Shown here: piece after piece, positions 52,571-64,000 of the stretch
How the letters are laid out: each line of letters begins with the position of its first letter
Position numbering within the stretch: position 1 is the first letter of the stretch
Source: Octopus vulgaris
Taxonomy: Eukaryota
Assembly: GCA_951406725.2 (NCBI GenBank)
Contig: OX597839.1
Coordinates: forward strand, 9,734,001-9,798,000
DNA length: 64,000 bases
Reading direction: 5' to 3'
Translations under genes and position numbers: made by a program
The notes under the pieces: generated by a model
Seen by the model: the letters and a program-made list of their open reading frames with translations, nothing else
The model's database searches: none
What the model was told of the DNA's origin: nothing

Positions 52571-55053
52571 ATAATGTTGCTATATAACCAGTTATATCTG
52601 GAAGGCATAACAAATCTGTCCTATAAGATTGGGTAGATGTAACTATGCTTTCCATTTACAAAGGCAAGGGCTCCGAATGTGGTGGTTATTGAGGTATAAA
52701 ATCGCTCAAATTGGTAATTTTCGTTATCCCAGAAACAGCTGTAAGACTTCAAATTCACCTTACTGTAACTGAATTATTCTAAATGACTTGAGACACACAC
52801 ATACTCTACATGCACATGTGCATACAAACTTTCTGCCTTGGTTTTGATGTTCCCTCTAATAATATATATATACATGGTATAAAGATCTCTAACATGGATC
52901 CCTAGATCCACCCTTAGCTGTGATCTTAGAACCTAATGATTGACCAACTATAACACTTACCCAGCGTATCTATTCATTTAGATCACAAGTGAACTAAAGC
53001 CCCTCATATTCTTGATACATATATACACACACACACACATACATATATATATCCGAGAGTGATCGTTGCCAGATCAAGATTGAAGCCTGGTGCAGCCATC
53101 TGGTTCGCCAGCCCACAGTCAAACCGTCCAACCCATGCTAGCATGGAAAGCAGACGTTAAACGATGATGATGATGATATATACACACACACACATATGAA
53201 TATACATATATATATGCAGGTTCAAGATTCATGTAATTTTAAATTACTTGTTGAGGACTTTAATTGATTCATAGTTAGTTAATTTAAGATGTGTTTTGTG
53301 GAATCCATGTGTGTCTAGTTAACACACATACGGACATATAGTTGAACACACAAACAGATAATTTGTATTGAAAAAATGTCAGTCAACATGATGCAAGCAA
53401 CTAAAACCACATCAATATAGCATTCTGTCATATGACTTTCATGTTAGATAGACATATACATACTCTACATGCACATACAAACATATGTACATACACAACA
53501 CATGAATATATGTGTACATGTATATGTACACACACACATGCATGCACACACACATGCATGCACACACACACACACACATGCACACACACACACACAAGCA
53601 TGCATGCACACACAAGCATGCATGCACACACACACACACACACACACAGCATGCATGCATACACGCACACATGTACACTCACACCTTACTTTGTGAGTCA
53701 ACAAAGAAGCCTTTATGTATTGTTCACTTGCTGAAAATAGTTGGCAAATCTCCCTCATAATCAGTCTTATCTTGTATATAACACAACTGTCTTAAACAAG
53801 GAAGGATATATTGGGTGGTGTCCTAGATAGACAATGCCTGAAAAGAAAACAAAGCTGCATGCCTACATACATCAGTACACATGCCTACCTGTACTAACAT
53901 ATGATTAACCCCCCAGCATTTAAACCAGCCGTGTCTGGCCCAAATATTCTACCTGTTTCGTGTTCAAACTAACCATATCCAGTATCTCACACTTACCCTG
54001 TAATGTCAGCTTTAAAATAAACAATTACGGTGGCACGTTAAAAGCACCAACCGATCGTGGCCGATGCCAGACCCCCCTGGCACTTGTGCAGGTGGCACGT
54101 AAAAAGCACCCACTACACTCGCGGAGTGGTTGGCGTTAGGAAGGGCATCCAGCTGTAGAAACACTGCCAGATCAGACTGGATCCTGGTGCAGCCCTGGCT
54201 TCCCAGACCCCGGTCGAACCGTCCAACCCATGCTAGCATGGAAAACGGACGTTAAACGATGATGATGATGATGAATTACATCTTCAAAATCTCTAAGCTA
54301 CAAGATAATACATGATTAATTTTGAAAAATGTGAATAAATAAGCGTTACACTTGATAGAGTAATCTGAATGCTAAAGGGTCAAACTGGGTTTCTGTTAGT
54401 TTCAACAAGGAGTGTCATCATTTCTAAATCAATTGAAGTATATAACTGTAAATGCCCGAGTATTCCACAGACACATGTCCCTGTAACATTATTCTGTGGT
54501 AGAATCAATGGGATACATTTTTTGACAACTCTAACAGTTTGAATTCTGAGTTCAGTTCCTGTGAAAGATGCCACACCTTAGGATGGAACCTTAGGAGGGA
54601 TTCATGACTGCAAACCAAGCTTCTCAACCACAGGCCCATGCTTGGGTTCATTTCCAAAGTCTACTCTGGAGGTAAGTTCACAGTTTGATCCTACTGCATG
54701 GAATCTTGGAAAGTGTCTTCGATCATAGAACTAGATTGACTCAAATCTTGTGAGTGAAATTAGATGGAAACTGAGTGGAAATTAAATAGATGGAAGCTGA
54801 TGGAGTGTACCTGAAACACAAAGATCCAACCCTGTCACATACAGAGAACCACATTGAACCGATTCTACCAGAAAAATGTTAAGAGTTTGTAGAATACTCA
54901 GTCAAATGCATTTAATTGAGGAATTTAAATAATCAAAGAATTGGAATATACTCAACAATGAAGCCAACAGAGGATTCATTTATTAACAATAAACATGCCT
55001 AGATACATTGACAAACACCACAACACTGAATCCATAAGCCTGTTGTATGTATG

Positions 55054-55101
<48 letters not shown>

Positions 55102-55104
<3 letters not shown>

Positions 55105-55500
55105 GGAGTAAACACATAAACAAGGTGGAAAAAAAGAGTACTCAAATACCAGGGGTAGAGTAATATTTTTATTTAAAAGCAGCAGAAATTCAACAAAACT
55201 GAATTGAATTTCTGCTACTTTTAAATAAAGTATATATATATATATACTGGAGTAAACACATAAATGTGAAACAAGGTGGAAAAAAGAGTACTCAAATACC
55301 AGTGGTATAGTCATGCTTTATTTAAAGCAGCAGAAAATTCAACAAAACCTGTTACTCTGAGTTTCCCGTTGCCGTTCGTCGGACAGTTTTTGCTAGAATG
55401 GAACCAATATCGGTTCCATTCTAGCAAAAACTGTCCGACGAACAGCAACAAGAAACTCAGAGTAACAGGTTTTGTTGAATTTTCTGCTGCTTTAAATAAA

Positions 55501-55501
<1 letters not shown>
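55102..55501. mobile_element. Two tandem Penelope-like fold-back units; near-perfect palindrome 55316-55501 with hammerhead variants
   Basis: Arms of about 90 bp around a 6-nt loop. ctgt-CCGACGA-...-GAAAC-tcaga-GTA-acag at 55431-55468 (plus) and 55349-55386 (minus). Confidence 0.75.
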
Positions 55502-55538
<37 letters not shown>

Positions 55539-56129
55539 TTGTATGTGATGTGTTGTGAATTTATGGAAAGAAATCCCATAAAACTCAACAATTTTGTTAA
55601 AAATGGAGAAGAGAAGATGTTAATATATATAAGAGAATTTTAATTCTTGCAGGTGATCATTTCATAAGTTTGTAGAGAGAAAAACAATAAAGACTTGATG
55701 TTCCAAGATTGCCTTTACATCTCATCAGAAAAAAATAAATATCCAATTGGAAAACATGTTCTCCCTCAGAAGAAGTCAGTCCTAAAATGTCATATTGAAT
55801 TTTTCCTCCCACATGGCACAGAAACTTATCTCCACATTCATTAATTTTGTTGCATAATTTCTGATGATGCACAAACCACTACCAGTTTCCTAACACATGC
55901 TTACATACATTGATACATCAATACACGTGCTTATATACACAAACATATTTACTACATACTTACACATGCATACTAAATACATAAACACACACATAGACAG
56001 TGGAAACAGTGAGTAAAACTTAAAATGCTAAGTCATGTAAATGCCCATCTCAATTATGTAAATACCCCCTCTGTGATGTAAAGTATCCCCTCAGTTACAT
56101 GATGCACCTCATTCAGTTATGCAAACGAC

Positions 56130-56800
56130 AAGTGATCTAGTTGATCAGACAGGCAGTTCCATTTCATCCAGTGTTCTCTTGAAATTGACATTTTTGAGTA
56201 CTTCTCTAATTTGGGATCTGACAGAAATACCTTCTTTTGACTTCGCCTGTGTGATTTTGGGAAACTCTTTTACAATGCAGTCAAACCCTCTGGCATTTCT
56301 CTTCCCTAGTTTCTTTACAAACTGTTTCATCAGTCGAAGCTTTATATACAAAGGAAGCAATAGGACATTACATGGATCTACAAGAGGTGTATTCTTGACA
56401 CTAGACAGTCCTGGCTGGTATGGTGTTCTTGTCAGCCAGTTTGATTCCAAATAATGTCTGTCAGTTGCCCAACTATCCCATAGACACAAGAAACAACAGT
56501 ATTTTGTGAAACCTGACTGCATTCCCATTAACATTCCAATGATTTTTTTAATTTCCACACATTTTCCATGAGTATCTTTCATAGGCAAATGACACGAAGT
56601 AAAAGTTCCATATTCTCATATAATTCATGAAGATGAATTGAGTGTGCAATAGGAATGGAGGGTTTCAAATTACCATTATGGAGAAGTACAGCTTTTAAAC
56701 TTCATTTTGAAGAGTCAATAAACAAACACCACTCTGCAGGATCATGATTTTGTAATAAACATTCAAAAAGTCCGTTGATGTTACTGCAAAAGCAAAGTGG
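56130..56800 (-). pseudogene. Chapaev3-like (CMC) DNA transposase fragment
   Basis: EWCLFIDSSK*SLKAVLLHNGN...GMQSGFTKYCCFLCLWDS...PLVDP..VLLLPLYIKLRLMKQFVK matches recalled motifs of this family; contains stops. Confidence 0.75.
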
Positions 56801-57915
56801 GCCTTCGACAGAAAAACACGTTTGTAGAACCACAGTTCTCTACTGAAAATAGGTTACACGAACACTGTGCTCTAGCAGATGCTTTTCCTTCAGTCTTGTT
56901 GCCAACAGTTCTGCTTTATCTTTTGAGAGGGCTAGAATGTACAATGCTAGAAATGATTAGAGTGAGGTTGGCACCAGACAGAGGGTTTGGTGGGATGAGG
57001 TTGGCACCAAGGGAGAGAGAGGGAGTATATGCTGGTGAGATTGGCACCAACAGACTGCTGGTACATACAGGTACGCTGACAATATTTCTCACAGAAAACA
57101 ATTGTTTGGTTAAAAGTTCCAACAAAGAATTCAGATAAATATTTGTTATTTAACTTTACTAAACCTACAAACTCGCTAAACCATTGTCAACTAATCTGAC
57201 CTGAAATTCACACACACACACACAGGTATGTGTGCAGGTATGTGAGATGTGTCTTTTGTTGTACATACACACATAATACATAGAATACACAGCCACTTGA
57301 TCTACTGGAAATATCAGTCAAATCTCACTCATTTCACATCCTGTCACCTTAAAAAAGGAAGGACACAGTGGATAATGTATTCTCAGTGAAAAGATAGGAT
57401 GATCACAATTGAAACTGCTTCAAATACAAGTTTGCCTGTTTGAGACTAACTTTGGAATACTCAACCACATACAGAGCTGTCTTGATCTGTATATGTGTGT
57501 GTATGCTCATGTATGTGCATACTACATAAATGAGTCTTTGTGATTTCATTTGTTAGAGGACAAAAAGGCTTTTGGAGACATTGCAGGTTATTACAAAGTC
57601 CATCCAACTCTTCACCGTAGTGGGGACGCTGGCAACGGGTAGTGTCAGAGCTATTCTGTTGGGAACTTTGGTTCCTGGTAGGGCCACCCAAGGCAGATTG
57701 GTCTGACACAGAGTGGTATTAGGGCCACAATCCGGCAGATGGAGCTCTGGTGAAAATCCTCAGAGTGTCTGCTTTGGCAACCGGTGGCTCCTCGGTCGTT
57801 CTGTCCCTGCGTCTGCAGACAATCTGCGGCAAACAGGATGTCTCTGCATGCGGGATTGTTGGGGACCGCTTAATGATGACTACATTATTTTAATAATTCT
57901 TCGTTATATTTAAAA

Positions 57916-58213
57916 CTAGCAGTATCGCCCGGCGTTGCTCAGGTTTGTAAGGGAAATAACTATATAAGCATTTTTAGAGAGTTATTTCCCTTATATAATA
58001 GCAAAAAATGCATTAAAAGTTGGAAAAAATTATGGTAAATTTTTTTTCAAATCGTAGACTCATCGTAGACACGTGCTAATACCCAGAAGGGCTCGATATG
58101 AATCACGACTATAAGATACCCGCTTTTGGTTATACTGCACCGCAAAATGTGGGAGCAGTTAGGAATCTAAATCGTAGGAGACAGACACACAACTTAACTT
58201 TTATATATAAAGA
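57916..58213 (-). mobile_element. Non-autonomous Helitron
   Basis: CTAG plus hairpin at 57916 and 5' TC at 58213; same family as 13405-13726. Confidence 0.85.
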
Positions 58214-58268
58214 TTAATTGAAAGAAACACAGAGTATCTCAACAGAAATATGGTAATGAAAGGTTTAA

Positions 58269-58969
58269 GCAGTTGCTGTCTGAAAGAACCTATTCAACAT
58301 TTGAAGGCAGTCTGCACTAATCTCAAGCCTCTTCCCCCTTTATCTCTTCTTAGGTAGAACCTGTCAATATCATTTTTGTGGAAGTTACTACTTGATGTCA
58401 GGATCTTGTGTATTTGAATGTATACATATTTTAATGTATACAGAATGGATTTCCTCTACAGACCAGTCAAGTATCCCAGATATTGGAATCGGCACTGGTA
58501 CTGTCTTGTTGCAAGAGAAGAGTTCTGGTATAATATTCTTGGGGCACTGTCTTTATTCATAAACATTAACAGGTTTTGGAAGAAAGTGCTGCTTAAGGAG
58601 CTCACCGCCAACACATACTCTGTTGTTCTCTTCACTTTTCAGTGCTATGTTTATAAATTTATTTTGTTGCTAGTATTAAGCGGTTGCTGAGAGAACCTAT
58701 ACAAAATTTGAAGGCAGTCTACACTAATCTCAAGTCTCTTCCTCCTTTTATCTCTTCTTAGGTAGAGCCTGTTAATATCATTTCTGTGGAAGTTACTACT
58801 TGATGTCAGGATCTTGTGTATTTGAATGTATACATATTTTAATGTATACAGAATGGATTTCCTCTACAGACCAGTCAAGTATCCCAGATGTTGGAATCGA
58901 CACTGGTACTGTCTTGTTGCAAGAGAAGAGTTCTGGTATAATATTCTTGGGGCACTGTCTTTATTCATA
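58269..58969. repeat. Direct duplication of about 290 bp
   Basis: 58269-58561 and about 58680-58969 are near-identical, separated by about 120 bp. Confidence 0.9.
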
Positions 58970-59233
58970 GAACCTTCATAAGGGGAGAGAAAGAGATAGA
59001 GTGTGTGTGTGTGTTTTCTCACATTGCTGTCTGCTATAGCCTGAGATGACATAGTTGTTGAAATCTCTTCCTCAGTTTAGAAATGTGTCAGGCAAAGGCT
59101 TGACATACTTCTGAACAGACAAAGAAATGGAAGAAGCAAAAGATAAGAGATAAAAATAGGTTTGATGATTTAAGCTGTTGGTGGGAGAAAGAGAAACACA
59201 GACAGACAGACAGAGATTTATCACCTACAACTC

Positions 59234-59265
<32 letters not shown>

Positions 59266-59470
59266 TGGGTGTGTATGTGAGTGTGTGTGAGTGAGTGTGT
59301 GTGTGTGTGAGTGAGTGTGTGTGTGTGTGAGTGAGTGAGAGTGTGTGTGTGTGTGTGTGAGTGAGTGTGTGTGTATGTGTGTGGGTGTATGCATGTGTGT
59401 GTGTATGTGTGTGTGTGTGTATGTGTGTGCGTGCATGTGTGAGTGTGTGTGTGAGTGAGAGTGTGTGTGT

Positions 59471-59533
<63 letters not shown>

Positions 59534-59820
59534 TGAGTGTATACACCCACACAAACACACACAAAGTTGTGTAGACAGAAGTTCATATGTTTAGATGACT
59601 TTATTATCCTCTAAGCAACAGCAAAAAGAACCTGAGGTTTCTGGGACTGCCCCTTTGTGTGTGGGTGTGTGTACATACATATGTGTGTGTGTGTGTGTGT
59701 GTGTGTGCCTGCATACACACATGTATGTATCTGTACATATATATGTACACACAGATACATACATGTATGTATGCAGGTGCACACACACATATACACAGAT
59801 ACATACATGTATGTATGCAG

Positions 59821-59880
<60 letters not shown>

Positions 59881-60274
59881 GTATAAATTGATAGAGGAGG
59901 GCGGGGAAGACCTGAGTATTATTCAGCAGCTGACTTTTTAAACAAAAACAAGGAAAAGTTGCCTTTGATAATAATGAGAACATTTCCCTCACACTTCCAC
60001 ATTCACTCTCTTATGACCTAATGTCTAACTACCAGCAAACCTACACATATCTTTTCAATTTTTTTTGTATCAGAATTTTCATCCTCTGCACCCAGATTGC
60101 AATTTGAGGGATATTTGGCTACTATGTCTAACTGCTTGAGCAACCACATATACAGTGCCTCATTGATCCTAATGTTTTATTCTACTGCTGTTGCTTAACT
60201 CCAAGCCAGCTCTGTCTGATAGAGCAGTCCTATGACCAAACGGAGCCTCAGATCAGCTCTGATTGAGCAAACCT

Positions 60275-61133
60275 TTAACCCTAATACGCTGATTATCTGT
60301 CAAATGTAATGCTTAATCAATCATACTGCTTTTAAATTAATTATGCAATATCTTATAACTTTGAGATTTCAGTAATGCAGTCATTTTTTTTAAAATGACA
60401 TTGTAGGGTTTAACCCTTTAGTATTTAAACCGGCCATATCCGGCCAAAATAGTTAATCTGTTTTATGTTCAAACTGACCAGATCCAGGCTCTCACACCTA
60501 CCCTACAATGTTATTCTACATTAGGTAATTACACCATCAAGATCTTGAAGATATGAAATAATGCATGATTAATTCAAATCAATGGGAATCAATAGGCATT
60601 ATGTTTGATAGAATAATCTGAACACTAAAGGGTCAAACATAAAATAAGTAAAATGTTTGAGCCAGATATGGTTAGTTTAAATAATAAAGGGGATCTTTTC
60701 GGTTTGAACGGCAGTTTTTTCTAGCGGTGTCATATGAAATTGTCACCCATAATTATGACCCTAGTATCGATCTATTGCATTTCAATCTCTTTTAGGGTTA
60801 GGGTTTGGGGTGGGGGAAGGGTATCTTTTTTTCTTCAGAAATGTAAATAAACCCAATCTGTTTCTTAAACGAGGGACATATTCATACGGCACAGAATGTT
60901 GTTTACCTCAATGGACATCATTTATTGGTTGAAATTGCAGAAATTGAAGAAAAAAAACAACAAATATCTTACAAACTATAGAATTTTCTCAATAAAGCCA
61001 AGAGAAAAAAGATGTTTTATAAACACATTCTACCAGTGTATGAAGTTTAAAAGTGTTTAGTTACGTGGAAATTATATTAAAAAACTGCCGTTCAAACCGA
61101 AAAGATCCGTTAGTTTAAATAATAAAGGGGTAA
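60275..61133. mobile_element. Nested MITEs: piggyBac-type outer, piggyBac-type inner (about 60414-60632) and GGATC MITE (60691-61108)
   Basis: ttaaccct... ends; GGATC TIRs at 60691 and 61108, flanked by the 20-bp repeat gttagtttaaataataaagg. Confidence 0.8.
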
Positions 61134-61386
61134 TCTAAGGGAACTCCAGGTCAGTTTTGAATAAACATGCCTATGATCTGTCTACACATTATCAAGTTTT
61201 GGTGAACTCAACTGGGATAGCAGTTTCTTATTTTAGACATCAATTTTAAGAGGAGAGGATTATTCAGTGTCATTGACCCCAGTAATTGACAGGTGGCTTT
61301 AAAGGGTGAAATAATTCTTTCTAATACAAGTCCAAGGCTTGAAATTTTGAAGAAGGGGGTTAGTCAATTACATCATCCCCAGTGCT

Positions 61387-61930
61387 CTGCTGTTACGTTC
61401 TGAGTTCAAATTCTGCTGAGGTCGACTTTGCCTTTCATCCTTTCGGGGTCGATTAAATAAGTACCAGTTACGCATTGGAGTCAATGTAATCGACTTAATC
61501 CGTTTGTCTGTCTTTGTTTGTCTTCTCTGTATTTAGTCCCTTGTGGGTAGTAAAGAAATAGGTATTTCGTCTGCCGCTACATTCTGAGTTCAAATTCCAC
61601 CGAGGTCAACGTTGCCTTTCATCCTTTCGGGGTTGATTAAATAAGTACCAGTTACGCATTGGGGTCAATGTAATCGACTTAATCCGTTTGTCAGTCCTTG
61701 TTTGTCTTCTCTGTATTTAGCCCCTTGTGGGTAGTAAAGAAATAGGTATTTCGTCTGCCGCTACGTTCTGAGTTCAAATTCCACCGAGGTCGACTTTGCC
61801 TTTCATCCTCTCGGGGTCGATTAAATAAGTACCAGTTACGCATTGGGGTCAATGTAATCGACTTAATCCATTTGTCTGTCCTTGTTTGTCCTCTCTGTGT
61901 TTAGCCCCTTGTGGGTAGTAAAGAAATAGG
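61387..61930 (+). mobile_element. Head-to-tail trimer of SINE family A inside an antisense SINE A copy
   Basis: Units of about 185 bp joined at gtaaagaaata|ggtatttcgtctgccg; host halves at about 61320-61385 and 61930-62065. Confidence 0.85.
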
Positions 61931-62653
61931 TATTTATTTTATCAACCCTGAAAGGCTGAGAGGCAAACTTGATTATGGCAGAATTTGAACTCAGAACATA
62001 GAGACAGGCAAAATGCTACAAAACATTTTGCCTGGCATGTTAACAATTCTGCCAGCTCACCACCTTAATAATAACAATGATTTCAAATCTTGGCTCAGGG
62101 CCGGCAATTTCAGGGGAGGGGTTAAACTAACTCCAGTGTTCAACTGGTACTTATTTTATCAAATCTGAAAGGATGAAAGGCAAAGATGATCTCAGTGGAA
62201 TTTGAACTAAGAACATAAAGACGGGTGAAATATCATTAACTACTGCTGATGAACATTTCTTGTCTGCTACTGATACCCCTGTGATTTTATGCACCTGATC
62301 TCTGAGAGACTTTCTAGGGGCTGGTACTGCAGTATTAGGCATTCCTATAAAACACCCACATTAAGTCGGATATAAAGGTTGCTTTTCAGTAATAATGTTA
62401 CCTCATCGCTAATGGCTAATAATTATTATTGTTTCTAATTTAAGCACAAGGTCAACAATTCTAAGGGGAGGGATAGTCAATTAAATTCATTCCAGTACTT
62501 GATAGGTACTTTTATCTACTCCTCATGAAGGATTTGAACTCAGAATGCAACGAGCTGAAAGAAATATCGCTAAGCATTTTATTCATAATGTTGTTGTGTG
62601 GGTCCAAGTCAACCCTGACTATTGCAGGAGCCTTATAATCAAAAGGCATTTAA

Positions 62654-62873
62654 CCCTTTCGTTACCGTATTTATTTTGAGATGCTCTGTGTTTCTTTCAA
62701 TTACTTTAAATATAACAAAGAATTTAGTAAAATAACTTAGTTAACATTAAGCTAGTGTTGGGAACATAAATTGTGACAAAGGTTTGGTGGAAGATTTTAA
62801 TTCAAAACTTATGAAAACAAGACATTTGTACTCAGTGCCAGAGCCGGTTTCAGCCAGGTTGGTATCGAAAGGG
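62654..62873. mobile_element. piggyBac-type MITE (second family)
   Basis: TTAA|CCCTTTCGTTACC...GGTATCGAAAGGG|TTAA. Confidence 0.85.
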
Positions 62874-64000
62874 TTAAGCCACGAACATCCTATAGCTTTA
62901 AGCATAGAATATCTTGGACTACATCATCCAATGTATCCTTCGTATTTTAGGAAGGATAAGCTTAAGGAGATTTGGCTGTTATTTCTAATAGGTTAAAGAA
63001 CCCTATAGAGGCTCACCTGTAATAAAAGTGATAAGCGGTGATGAGGATGGTGGTGGTGATGACAGTGGCAATGATAATAGTGGTAATAACAGAGGTGATT
63101 ATATGAAGTGCAAACAATAACATTAATCTTTGCAATTTAGGTTAAAAATAAACTGTTAACACTTGAATAATTTATAAATAGCAAAATATTTTACTGCCTA
63201 ATATCAGTTTGACAAATTAACAATGAAATAATGTTAAATTATCCCTTTAATTACTGTAAACGGTACCAATTGAGATTAACTTCAGTTTAATTCTGACATT
63301 TAACAATAAGTATTAATCTCATTAAAGATGACCTGTAATTAAATTTAATCTTTGATAAATGAAAGAATTCGCAATAGCCAAGGGGTGAAAATGAACCTGA
63401 TTCTTTTTGTGGCCGTAACAATATTGGGATTAACTGCACAAGATGAAGAGGCATAGCTTGTAAACTGCACTAAGCCCCATCTGTAGCAGTGAGTACATGT
63501 TCACTAACTCTCAAATACATCTACAGCACTACTTTAACACCATCCTAACAACACTACTATAAATAGTCCAAATACATCTATAACACTCCAGAACACTAGC
63601 AGAACACTATCCCTGCCACTCAGTCCAGTCACATACTCAACAACCCTGAGTGCACTACTATACCATTTTAACAACACTATCTCCTCTTACTCAGTTGAGA
63701 CACATCCACAACAACCCTAATAAATTCTATATCTCCCTTGCAATTCAGACACCTGCAACACCCCTGAACAAGACATGCACAACACCATTCTCATACCACT
63801 ATCTGATGCTGGTATCATGTAACCAGCACCCATGCAGGTGACATATAAAAACCACCTTTCAAGCATCGAGTCTTATGGAGACAAAGTGGTTGAGATCCTT
63901 TCGAGTGTTGCCTCACAGAGGCCTTTGGCATTATGTTGTGCTTGAGAAGTAATATCATAGTCGTGGCAGATACTGGTGTCACACAAATGGCACCTGTACC

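Noticed and set aside
61387-61930. CRISPR-like or satellite array
   Set aside because: Eukaryotic context; the units are whole SINE bodies with no unique spacers.
31000-64000. MYO18A PDZ or KE-rich exons
   Set aside because: No GDFGF/PGDRL-type PDZ peptide was recognised in this window; if present they lie beyond it.

Overview
AT-rich, microsatellite- and repeat-dense animal genomic DNA. The SINE/LINE repertoire resembles octopod cephalopods, probably Octopus (inferred from recalled repeat families, not from a search). The only host gene I can recognise is an unconventional myosin-XVIII (MYO18A/Mhcl-like) on the minus strand. It has two clear coding exons (3547-3350 and 1429-1253; start of the motor region) and two candidate alternative ATG-bearing exons in phase 0 (30568-30359 and 17716-17621). 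The rest is intron or upstream DNA filled with tRNA-derived SINEs, RTE and CR1 LINE fragments, Helitrons, Tc1/mariner, Chapaev3, Gypsy relics and MITEs. Two less obvious signals stand out. (1) A set of (TA)n-embedded fold-back elements carries minimal hammerhead-ribozyme motifs typical of Penelope-like retroelement LTRs. One has an intact core at 25784-25825, and some carry copied neighbouring DNA. (2) A strong AG|GTAAG recursive-splice (ratchet) candidate lies at 43233/43232, with a 64-nt cryptic exon whose donor is covered by a nearby inverted duplication; a second AG|GT acceptor opens the 17.6-17.9 kb alternative exon. Most ORFs in the supplied track are microsatellite or SINE artefacts. 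Repeat boundaries are approximate and read by eye.
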